Assembly (NCBI GenBank): GCA_036261915.1
Contig: DATAJX010000006.1
Span: 23,546-87,545 of the forward strand
DNA length: 64,000 nt
Origin: Alphaproteobacteria bacterium
GTDB taxonomy: Bacteria; Pseudomonadota; Alphaproteobacteria; UBA2136; UBA6156
Direction of reading: 5' to 3'
Shown here: piece after piece, positions 27,878 to 35,761 of the stretch
Layout: the number at the start of each line of letters is the position of its first letter
Numbering within the stretch: position 1 is the stretch's first letter
Translations under genes and position numbers: made by a program
Notes under the pieces: model-generated
Database searches by the model: none
Told to the model about the DNA's origin: nothing
Seen by the model: the letters and a program-made list of their open reading frames with translations, nothing else

Positions 27878-28468
27878 ATGACCCAGCGCGGCGCCCTGTT
27901 CGGCCTCGATGCCCGCATCGCGCTGGCCATTTTCGCCGTTCTGGCGGTGGTGGTGGGCTATCTGGCCTTCGGGCGCATCCAGGTGGCCCGGCAGGCCGCC
28001 CTGCTGGCCCAACTGCAGGATATCGAAAACGCCCTCGCCGCCTATCAAACCGACATGGGCACCTTCTTCCTGTTCACGCTGAATAAAGAGCCGGGCGACA
28101 ACGACAGCACGCTCGATATTACCGCCCTGTGGGATAAAAACATGGTCAAACCAGGCTTCCGGCGGCACTGGAACGGCCCCTACCTGCACCGCACCAGCCG
28201 CGAAATGCCCGGCTACGGCCGTTTAAGCGTGTTTTACGCCACCGGCGACCGCAAAGACTACTGCTCCACCACGTCCGACTGCTTTGTGTGGCTGTCGGTA
28301 TCCAGCACGCCGCAAAAGGCCTGGGTGCAAACCAACCATATCGTCGACGAAGGCAACGGCGCTGAAAACGAGATCGACGGCCAGCAGATCAGCCTCGGGC
28401 GCATCCAGTCCGAAGCCGCCACCGACCCCCGCCCGCTGTATTACCGCACGGTCGAACGCCCCCGCTAA
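27878..28468 (+). CDS. Pseudopilin-like protein A (GspG/EpsG-like body, atypical N-terminus)
   Basis: Conserved N-terminus QRGALFGLDARIALAIFAVLAVVVG, then AL..Y..D.G.F and W.GPYLH motifs reminiscent of T2SS major pseudopilins. Paralog of 34152..34745. Begins 7 bp after bamE. Confidence 0.55.
   Translation: MTQRGALFGLDARIALAIFAVLAVVVGYLAFGRIQVARQAALLAQLQDIENALAAYQTDMGTFFLFTLNKEPGDNDSTLDITALWDKNMVKPGFRRHWNGPYLHRTSREMPGYGRLSVFYATGDRKDYCSTTSDCFVWLSVSSTPQKAWVQTNHIVDEGNGAENEIDGQQISLGRIQSEAATDPRPLYYRTVERPR
27896..27944 (+). repeat. Direct repeat copy 1 (encodes LFGLDARIALAIFAV)
   Basis: ctgttcggcctcgatgcccgcatcgcgctggccattttcgccgtt, about 85-90% identical at the nucleotide level to 34185-34233. 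Confidence 0.7.
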
Positions 28469-28478
28469 GCCGCCATTT

Positions 28479-28506
28479 AAAAAGCCCCCGGCCGGGGGCT
28501 TTTTTA
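28479..28506. terminator. Bidirectional rho-independent terminator
   Basis: aaaagcccccggccgggggcttttttact, lying between two convergent genes. Confidence 0.75.
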
Positions 28507-31500
28507 CTGCGCGGCACGGCTGTACTTGGCGGGCTGGGCCGCAAAGGCGGCATATACATACGTGGCGCCACTGCCGTTATAGTCGCTGTTGGTGTTGCGT
28601 ATCTTGAACCCGTTTGAAACCACATCCAGGTCGGTGGCCGCATTACTGTTACTGGCCGATGTCAGGTTATAAAACACCTCGTTGCCGTCCGGGTTATACA
28701 GGTTGCGCGCGGTATCCAGCACAAACCAGTTGCCGGTGCTGTCGGTGCGCTTGATGATCACAAGCGCGGGTTTGAAACCCAGGTTCACATAAGCGCCGTC
28801 GGCACTACCGTTCCCGGTATAGGTTCCAAATTTGCTGAATCCCGGCACCTCGGCAAAGGCATAAACAACATAAGGCTGGCTGGCCAACACGCCGCCCCCG
28901 GCGGTCAGGCCCACATTGCTCGAGGTATGGCCCGAACCCCACATGGTCGAATACGTGGTCGCCGCCGCGGTGGTGTTCAGCGCCAGGTAGGCCGTGGTGT
29001 TGTTCGCCAGGTTCTGGTGCCACACATACCAGTGCGAAGCCGAACCGCTATACGTCCGGGCGATCACAAACGCCGGTACAACCCCCATGCCGTGCGCCGC
29101 GGTAAAAGCCCCCGATCCTGGCGCCGTACCGGTCAATATGTCCATGCCGGGCGTAACGCCCTTCTTAAACATGTGCGCCACATAAATGTTGCCGCTGGTG
29201 TTAAAGGCGCTGGCGCTGCCTACCGCAAAACCGTTGTTGTAAAAGGTTGCCAGCGATTGCGCATCGATGGTCTGCACCGCCGTGCCCGTGCTGTCCAGGT
29301 ACTTGGCGGGCCCGCGCGCACTGTCAAACCAGCCCCATGCGCCGGTGCTGGTATTATCCTTCAGCATCACCAGGTCGGGCTGGTAAGGGGTGTAGGTGGT
29401 CAGCGGCGTGTAGGTGATAACAATAAGCCCAGGGGCGCCCACACCCGCCGTGCTGCTGTTCGAACTACCGCCGCCGCCGCCGCCGTACAGGCCACCATTA
29501 CCCGCCGAATAACCGCTGCTGCCGCCCTGTTGCGAGCCGCCGCCGCCGCCCGAACCGTGCAGCGGGTCAAACTCCTGCCCGTTGCCACCGTTACCGCCCC
29601 TGCTGGCGCCGGCAGGATTGCCGCCGCCGCCGCCGCCGCCGCCCGATGACCCGAACAGCGAATAACCGTACCCGCCATGGGTATTGTTCACCGCCACGAT
29701 CCCACCGGTGCCGTTGACCAGCCCGCTGGCATTGGCCCCGCGCCCGCCAACGCCGCTGGTGGTGTTATTAGAGGGTCCCAATTGACCGGCTTCACCGCCG
29801 CCGCCGCCGCCGCCGCCCGGGCCGCGGTAGTTCACACCCGCGTTCGAGCCACCGGCCCCGCCATTGCCATAAGGTCCGGCCGCACCGCCGCCGCCGCCGC
29901 CCGCCTGGGTGCCGGTGGCGGGGCTCTGCCCGTTGCCACCGGCGCCGCCCGAATACTTGGTGGTACCGGTACCCGAGCCCGAAGCCCCGCCAGCCCCACC
30001 CGTGCCACCGCTGCCGCCGCTGCCGCCCTTGGCCCCCACGCTCGAAGCCGCCACGCTGGTGCCGTTGAACCACGTATCGCCGCCGGCGGTGCTGGCCGCA
30101 CCACCGCTCCCCACCTGGGTCTGCACGGTGGTGGTGGGCACCAGCGCCAGGTTCGATATCTTCGAGTACCCGCCGCCGCCGCCGCCGCCGTTGACCGAAG
30201 ACCCCGACGACGCCCCACCGCCGCCACCGATCACTTCAATGGTGTTGCTGGTGCTGTTCCAATCCAGCGGCACGCGCCACGAAGTCCCCCCGGTCAAAAA
30301 TATCTGCTTGGTCGTCGGCACGGTGGGCACATAGGTGATCACCACGATCCCCGGCGCCCCATTCCCCGGGTTTCCCTGGTTGGTGCTGGTATAACCGGCA
30401 CCGCCGCCGCCGCCGCCATACAGGCCGCCGTCACCACCACGGTAAATACTGCTTTCGCCGCCGCCGCCGCCGCCGCCCGCACCTGCACCACCCCACTCAA
30501 TGCCGTCGCCCCCCTTGCTCCCCAAACCGTGGGCACTGCTCACGCCGCCGCCGCCGCCTGCGCCAAAGGCCCCGGCGGTCGAATCCACACTGGCCGTCGC
30601 CGCACCGCCGCCGCCGCCGCCAAAGCGGTTAGCACCACCGGCACCGCCGGTGGTGCTCGTACCGTTACCTCCAACCGAACCGCCATTAGCTCCACCGCCA
30701 CCACCCGAACCTGCACTACCGGCCGAACTCATATCGCCACCATTGGCGCCATTACCGTTGGGCCCGGCGGCGCCACCGCCACCGGGGCCGCTCACATAGC
30801 CCGAGCCACCACCCGAATTCCCGCCGCTATACGCATAAGGCGCACCGGGGTTGGTGGTGCCGCCACCCGCACCGCCGCGCGCGCTCGAAGCCGCCCCGCC
30901 GGTCCCGCCGCTGCCGCTGGTGCCGCCGGTGCCGCCCTTGGCACCCACGCTCGCCACCGCCAGCGAAGCCCCGTTGAACCACGTATCGCCACCGGCACTC
31001 CCCGCCCCGCTGGTGGCCGGGGTGGCGGCCACACCGCCCATGCCCACATTGTAGCTGATGCTTGCCCCAATGGTCAGCGTCACACTGGTGGCCTTGGCAT
31101 AGCCGCCGCCGCCGCCGCTCCCGGCATAGGTGGTGCCGCCACCGGCCCCAAAACCGCCGCCGCCGCCAGCCCCGATCACTTCAATGGTGTTATCGCCGCT
31201 CCAGTCACTGGGCACGGTCCAGGTGGTGCCGCTGGTCAAAAACACCGTCTTGGTGGGCAACGGCCCAGGCAAGGTAACAACCTGGGTACCGCCCGTGCCG
31301 CGGTACAGCACCGGCTGGAAGTAAAGCGAAGGGCTCACCACCGCAGGTGTCGCCGTGTTGTAGGTGTTCAGCGCCGCAAACCCCGCCGGGGGGGTGGCAG
31401 CAAAAGCTCTCTGACCAAAGTTGAACGAGGCCGTTTGGGTGGAACCTTGGTTATTGCCTATGGCCGCCACCCAAGCCAGCCCCGCCGTAGCAGTGGCCGC

Positions 31501-32928
31501 CGGGCTGGTGCCGGTGGCAGGGTTCGAACTCCCCAGCCACGTCCCGTTCTTCGAGAAATAAAGCTTACCCGTGTCGGCGTCAAAGGCCACGCCAACCACA
31601 TCGTTAATGGCAATCGTCACACCATAGCTGGTAATGGCCGAACCGTTATTATACACTTGCCCCGCACTGTTTATCCCATAGCCATAAGTATTATTGTAGC
31701 CGGGGTAATAGCTCGCGGGCATGTTCTGCTGCTGGATACCCGCCGTCCCCACCAAACTGCCGGTCCATACAAACTCCCAGTACCATTTGCCACTCGTCAT
31801 CAACTGGTTGGCCTTCACAACGCTGTTGGTGGCAAACGGCACCGAAACGTCCATATTCGCCGCCGACAAGGTCGAGCCGGTCGGGTCCAGAAAATTGAAT
31901 GCAGGGTCATTCCCGCGCCCATTGTCGCCGTTGTCGGCCAACGTGGGGTGGTCTTCGGTAGGGTCATAGGTCACGCCGGTGGTCACGCTAAAGTTATTGG
32001 GCGTCCAGTTGTTGCCCTTACCGCTCACGTCCTTGCCCAGCGTGGTGGCGGTGTTGTTCAGGTAATTTTCAAAATCAAGATGGAATCCGTTGGTGCCATA
32101 AGCGCCGGTATAGGTTTTCGGCACCCACATGCCGTTGCTGTCAATCTCGGCAAAAGCGCTGGGGTCCAGGGCCAGGCCGTCCACAAAATTGATGTCGGCC
32201 ATCACGCCGTCAAAATACTGGGTGGAAGAACCCGCCGTGTTCAGGTAAGCGCCGATCCCGTTATAGCCGGACCGGTTGAAGTACGAAGTGGTGCTGTTCG
32301 CCACCGAGCCCGAACCGATCACCTGGCGCTGGCCGTTAACGTATATCCGCACGTTATCGGCGGTGGTGCCGTTGGCGGTGTCCCATACAAACACAATGTG
32401 GTACCAGGCCGTGGGGTCGCGGTACACGCCCGCGCTGGTGGCGGCATTGGCTGAGTTGGCATAAAAGATCAGCTGGTCGCTCGTATTGAAATCAACCTCG
32501 GTCGTCTGCCCCGACCCCACGATCTGGCTGAACAGGGTCTGCGTGGTTCCCATCTTCCCGCGCTTGACCCACATGCTCATGGTCCAGGTGGTCAGGTTCC
32601 CGTTGCCGGCGGGTGAGCGGCTCAGGTACGCCGAACTCGCGCTCCTGAACCGCAACGCCCCGCCGCTGCACTTGCCGTTGGTAACACCCGGAATGGTACT
32701 CGAAAGGAACGAACCCGCCGAGTTCTTCCACTCATAGCTATACTTCGTGGGCACCATCAGGCTCTTGCCGCTGGCATGGTTATTGGCGATCAGGCGGCAA
32801 CTGCCGAACTCATTGATGCCAAGCCCCTCGCCGTTCGGAATGGTGTAACTCACGTTGGTCTGCGCCATGGCATTGCCGCCCAGCAGCAACCCCAGCAGCA
32901 TCAGCAAAAACAACATCGCCCGGCGCAT
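28504..32928 (-). CDS. Giant secreted multidomain fibre-like protein (LamG-like + SPRY-like + 2x glycine-rich domain + duplicated C-terminal domain)
   Basis: 1474 aa with a signal peptide (AMA|QTN).
- aa ~100-240: LamG/ConA-like pattern (W.H..FVWD...VRIYVNG).
- aa ~380-500: SPRY-like pattern (KWYWEFVW...GDVVGVAFDADTGKLYFSKNG).
- aa 562-866 and 876-1173: two copies of a W.VP...IEVIG-GGGGG...APG(I/L)(V/I)VITY glycine-rich domain.
- C-terminal domain carrying a twice-repeated KP.LV.IK...STG.W..D.AR motif. Confidence 0.8.
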   Translation of the reverse strand: MRRAMLFLLMLLGLLLGGNAMAQTNVSYTIPNGEGLGINEFGSCRLIANNHASGKSLMVPTKYSYEWKNSAGSFLSSTIPGVTNGKCSGGALRFRSASSAYLSRSPAGNGNLTTWTMSMWVKRGKMGTTQTLFSQIVGSGQTTEVDFNTSDQLIFYANSANAATSAGVYRDPTAWYHIVFVWDTANGTTADNVRIYVNGQRQVIGSGSVANSTTSYFNRSGYNGIGAYLNTAGSSTQYFDGVMADINFVDGLALDPSAFAEIDSNGMWVPKTYTGAYGTNGFHLDFENYLNNTATTLGKDVSGKGNNWTPNNFSVTTGVTYDPTEDHPTLADNGDNGRGNDPAFNFLDPTGSTLSAANMDVSVPFATNSVVKANQLMTSGKWYWEFVWTGSLVGTAGIQQQNMPASYYPGYNNTYGYGINSAGQVYNNGSAITSYGVTIAINDVVGVAFDADTGKLYFSKNGTWLGSSNPATGTSPAATATAGLAWVAAIGNNQGSTQTASFNFGQRAFAATPPAGFAALNTYNTATPAVVSPSLYFQPVLYRGTGGTQVVTLPGPLPTKTVFLTSGTTWTVPSDWSGDNTIEVIGAGGGGGFGAGGGTTYAGSGGGGGYAKATSVTLTIGASISYNVGMGGVAATPATSGAGSAGGDTWFNGASLAVASVGAKGGTGGTSGSGGTGGAASSARGGAGGGTTNPGAPYAYSGGNSGGGSGYVSGPGGGGAAGPNGNGANGGDMSSAGSAGSGGGGGANGGSVGGNGTSTTGGAGGANRFGGGGGGAATASVDSTAGAFGAGGGGGVSSAHGLGSKGGDGIEWGGAGAGGGGGGGESSIYRGGDGGLYGGGGGGAGYTSTNQGNPGNGAPGIVVITYVPTVPTTKQIFLTGGTSWRVPLDWNSTSNTIEVIGGGGGASSGSSVNGGGGGGGYSKISNLALVPTTTVQTQVGSGGAASTAGGDTWFNGTSVAASSVGAKGGSGGSGGTGGAGGASGSGTGTTKYSGGAGGNGQSPATGTQAGGGGGGAAGPYGNGGAGGSNAGVNYRGPGGGGGGGGEAGQLGPSNNTTSGVGGRGANASGLVNGTGGIVAVNNTHGGYGYSLFGSSGGGGGGGGNPAGASRGGNGGNGQEFDPLHGSGGGGGSQQGGSSGYSAGNGGLYGGGGGGSSNSSTAGVGAPGLIVITYTPLTTYTPYQPDLVMLKDNTSTGAWGWFDSARGPAKYLDSTGTAVQTIDAQSLATFYNNGFAVGSASAFNTSGNIYVAHMFKKGVTPGMDILTGTAPGSGAFTAAHGMGVVPAFVIARTYSGSASHWYVWHQNLANNTTAYLALNTTAAATTYSTMWGSGHTSSNVGLTAGGGVLASQPYVVYAFAEVPGFSKFGTYTGNGSADGAYVNLGFKPALVIIKRTDSTGNWFVLDTARNLYNPDGNEVFYNLTSASNSNAATDLDVVSNGFKIRNTNSDYNGSGATYVYAAFAAQPAKYSRAAQ

Positions 32929-32932
32929 GGGC

Positions 32933-33952
32933 TCAGCGCCCTGCTTGCTTGGCCCGCAGTTCGTCCACTTCGCGGCGCAGGTCGTCGATTTGTTTTTGTT
33001 GGATCTTCACAGCCTCGATCAACGGCGCGATCAGCTGGTCGCTGTCCACCACCATGGTGGTGCTGCCGCCGCCGTGCACAGCCTCGGGCATCACCTTCTG
33101 TACATCCTGTGCGATCACCCCGTACGAGGGTCGGCCGTCCTTCTTCCAGGTAAAGTGCACGCCGTTCAGGCTTTTCACCAATCCCATGGCGTCGGCCACC
33201 GGCACAATATTGTCTTTCAATCGGCGGTCCGAACTGTGCAAATAGGCAACCGCCGTCATATTGCCGCTGGCGCTCACGTCACCGGCCACCTCAAGCTTGC
33301 TGGCCGGCGAGGTTACACCCAAACCCACATTCCCGGCGCTCGTAATCCCCAGGCGCGCACCCTGCCACGCACCGGCAATATAATTGCCCACCATATACAT
33401 CCCGCTGCTGTCATAACCGGTGGCCCACAACGGCGTGGTGTTGCTGGTAAAACGTATGTAGTTCCAGCTACCGGTGCCCGACCGCGACAATGTCATGGTA
33501 TTATCAAGGCCCGACAGCACATAAAGCGGCACCGTCGTGGTGGCGGCAGCCCCAATCCCCACATTACCGCTCGAATAAAACCCGGTGGCCGAAACCACAC
33601 CAGTGGCACTCACCCCCGGTCCCACAAAGCCCAACGTAGGGTGAATGTAAGCAGCCCCCGCCGTACCCGCCAATGTAAAGCTCACAGTGCCCCTGTCGGC
33701 CACCACCATGCCCAGGTTGGCGCCGCTGGAAACGTTGGTGGTGCTGATGCGGTCACCCGCGCCCCCACCGTTGGTGAACACAATGCCGTTCACCGCCAGG
33801 TTGGTGGTCGATACGTACAAAAAGTGCCCATACGTCCCGCTCACCACCCCGGCCACGCTGGTACTTACCAGCGGCGCATTGTTCATCTGCGCCATCACGC
33901 CGCCCGGCAGCAGTAGGGCGCAAACAAGCAAAAGCAGGCGTAATGTTTTCAT
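32933..33952 (-). CDS. Secreted phage-tail-fibre-like protein with a C-terminal S74 intramolecular chaperone autoprocessing domain
   Basis: Signal peptide (VMA|QMNN). Tail-fibre repeats (GNVGIG...TT, GNVGLGVTSPASKLEVAGDV). The C-terminus YLHSSDRRLKDNIVPV...GLVKSLNGVHFTWK...LIAPLIEAVKIQQKQIDDLRREVDELR matches the Ser-Lys dyad chaperone-of-endosialidase domain. Lies 4 nt downstream-adjacent to the giant gene. Confidence 0.8.
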   Translation of the reverse strand: MKTLRLLLLVCALLLPGGVMAQMNNAPLVSTSVAGVVSGTYGHFLYVSTTNLAVNGIVFTNGGGAGDRISTTNVSSGANLGMVVADRGTVSFTLAGTAGAAYIHPTLGFVGPGVSATGVVSATGFYSSGNVGIGAAATTTVPLYVLSGLDNTMTLSRSGTGSWNYIRFTSNTTPLWATGYDSSGMYMVGNYIAGAWQGARLGITSAGNVGLGVTSPASKLEVAGDVSASGNMTAVAYLHSSDRRLKDNIVPVADAMGLVKSLNGVHFTWKKDGRPSYGVIAQDVQKVMPEAVHGGGSTTMVVDSDQLIAPLIEAVKIQQKQIDDLRREVDELRAKQAGR

Positions 33953-34151
33953 CTTCTTGAACCCACATTAACGGCTCATCTTTTCCGCGCAACGCCCGAG
34001 TAAGCAAAACGCCGACATTTCCGCCCAAAAAATGAGCCAAACCTCATTAAAAAAACAACACTTTACAACAGTAAAACAACAGCCACGCATCACCTCCGCA
34101 TCATTTGCGCACGCCCCTTGCGCCCCCGCCCCTGCCTGCTAGCATGTTGGC

Positions 34152-34745
34152 ATGAAGCATATTTTACAGTCACAACAAGGCGCCATGTTCGGGCTCGACG
34201 CCCGTATCGCGCTGGCGATTTTCGCCGTGATTTCCGTGGTGGCGGGCACCGCCATCGCCATCAGCATGGATAGCACCCGCGCCAAGGCCCTGGCGCAGGA
34301 AATGTCCGACACCGGCAAGGCCATCGAATCCATCAGCTACGACATGCGCGCCGATCTTTACCCGTCCCTCATCCAACCCTCGCCCAAAAACGCCTACACG
34401 GCGCTGTTCGACGTCAGCGTCATCAAAGACGAAAACAACTTGCGCGGCAAATGGTTAGGCCCCTACGTTCATGCAACAAGTACAAGCTCCCGCTACGGCG
34501 AAATGATGATCGAGGCCCGCAAGGCCTCCCATGCCGACGCCTGCATGGAAGGCGAGCCCTGCTTCCTCTGGCTCACCTACGCCAACGTCAAACGGGCGAT
34601 TGCGCTCGAGGTCAACAGCATCATCGACGGCGACAAAGAAACCGACCCGGCCAAAACCGGCCGCATCCAGTGGGTCGAGAACGCCGACGGCACAACGCTC
34701 AGCCTGCAGGCCGCCAAAACGCTCACTTATACCGGGAACAACTAG
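34152..34745 (+). CDS. Pseudopilin-like protein B (paralog of 27878..28468)
   Basis: QQGAMFGLDARIALAIFAVISVVAG N-terminus. Contains AIESISYDMRADLYP and KWLGPYVHATS, and shares the C.FLWL motif with A. Its stop codon overlaps the nusB stop. Confidence 0.55.
   Translation: MKHILQSQQGAMFGLDARIALAIFAVISVVAGTAIAISMDSTRAKALAQEMSDTGKAIESISYDMRADLYPSLIQPSPKNAYTALFDVSVIKDENNLRGKWLGPYVHATSTSSRYGEMMIEARKASHADACMEGEPCFLWLTYANVKRAIALEVNSIIDGDKETDPAKTGRIQWVENADGTTLSLQAAKTLTYTGNN
34185..34233 (+). repeat. Direct repeat copy 2 (encodes MFGLDARIALAIFAV)
   Basis: atgttcgggctcgacgcccgtatcgcgctggcgattttcgccgtg. Confidence 0.7.
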
Positions 34746-35236
34746 GCTTTCACAAAAAATTCGCCCCGCACCGCGCGGGCGATCTTATCCAGCGTGGCGT
34801 TCACAAACGCCACTTCTTCGGGGCTGGCCACAAAGCCTTTGGCAATGTTCACAAACTCGTTGATGACCACGGGCGGCGTCACATCGGCACGGGCAAACAG
34901 CTCGGCGGTGGCAGCCCACAGCAGGGCGTAGTGCACCGCATCCAGCCTGTCCATCGGCCATTCTTCCAGCAGGTTGGCACCAATCAGGGCGGCGTGGCGC
35001 TCGGCGCCGCGGGCGGCTTCGGCGGTAATGGCGTCAAACATCTTCTTGTCGGCCTTGCGACGCTTCAGGCGCGCACCGGCAAATTCGGCGGCCACATCGG
35101 CCACGTCCTGCCCACGCGCCTTGGCCTGGAACAACGCCTGCACCGCGCAAATGCGCGCCTCGGTGCGGCTGTCCTTCACCAACGGAGAATTTTCGAGGGG
35201 GAACGCGTCTTCCCCGGCTTCCCAGGCCTTAACCAT
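34742..35236 (-). CDS. nusB: Transcription antitermination factor NusB
   Basis: ARICAVQALFQ...helical NusB fold motifs. 164 aa. Confidence 0.9.
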   Translation of the reverse strand: MVKAWEAGEDAFPLENSPLVKDSRTEARICAVQALFQAKARGQDVADVAAEFAGARLKRRKADKKMFDAITAEAARGAERHAALIGANLLEEWPMDRLDAVHYALLWAATAELFARADVTPPVVINEFVNIAKGFVASPEEVAFVNATLDKIARAVRGEFFVKA

Positions 35237-35244
35237 TTAAACTG

Positions 35245-35697
35245 TTACTTTCCGCCGTCTTTTTTAAGAACGGCTGCAAAATCTTCGGGCTGTTGAAAGT
35301 CATGATAGACCGACGCATAGCGCACATACGCCACCGAATCCAGCGCTTTTAACGCTTCCAGCACGGTTTCGCCCAGCTCGCGGCTGCTAATTTCGCTCTT
35401 GCCGCTCTCGCTCAGTTGCTGCTCGATGTCGCTGATGGTCTTTTCCAGCTGGCCCTGCTCCACCGGGCGCTTGCGCACGGCCACGCTCACGCTGCGGGTC
35501 AGTTTTTCGCGGTCGAACAGCTCGCGCACACCACTGCGCTTCACCACAATGATCTGTTGCACCTGAAAACGCTCAAAGGTGGTAAAGCGGCGGCCGCACT
35601 CGGGGCATTCGCGGCGGCGGCGGATGGTGCGCCCATCGTCAGCCGGGCGGCTGTCCTTCACAATCGTGTCGTCGTGGCTGCAAAAGGGGCACTTCAT
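35245..35697 (-). CDS. nrdR: Transcriptional repressor NrdR
   Basis: MKCPFCSHDDTIVKDSRP...CPECGRRFTTFE zinc ribbon plus an ATP-cone. Confidence 0.95.
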   Translation of the reverse strand: MKCPFCSHDDTIVKDSRPADDGRTIRRRRECPECGRRFTTFERFQVQQIIVVKRSGVRELFDREKLTRSVSVAVRKRPVEQGQLEKTISDIEQQLSESGKSEISSRELGETVLEALKALDSVAYVRYASVYHDFQQPEDFAAVLKKDGGK

Positions 35698-35761
35698 GCC
35701 GCTAGAATGCCTACATCTGGTTAAAAAAGTCCAGCCCTACCCCAAATATGGGGCCAAACCT

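Noticed and set aside
29400-31300. Repetitive GGC/GCC-rich DNA that could be mistaken for a CRISPR-like or tandem-repeat array
   Set aside because: The repeats are in-frame Gly/Ala codon runs within a protein-coding region. There are no regular spacer-repeat units and no cas genes.
29677-32454. Very long plus-strand ORFs (925 aa and others) across the giant fibre gene
   Set aside because: They are antisense to a far better minus-strand gene with a signal peptide and clear domain structure. They are artefacts of G+C-rich Gly-codon (GGN/NCC) periodicity and give low-complexity Ala/Arg/Pro/Gly translations.
27878-34745. Possibility that the fibre locus is a prophage or tailocin fragment
   Set aside because: There are no capsid, terminase, portal, sheath, tube, baseplate, integrase or lysis genes, and no attachment-site-like tRNA. 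Both fibre proteins carry Sec signal peptides, which virion proteins lack. The G+C content matches the host. It is therefore treated as a cellular system, with the caveat that the fibre modules are of phage ancestry.
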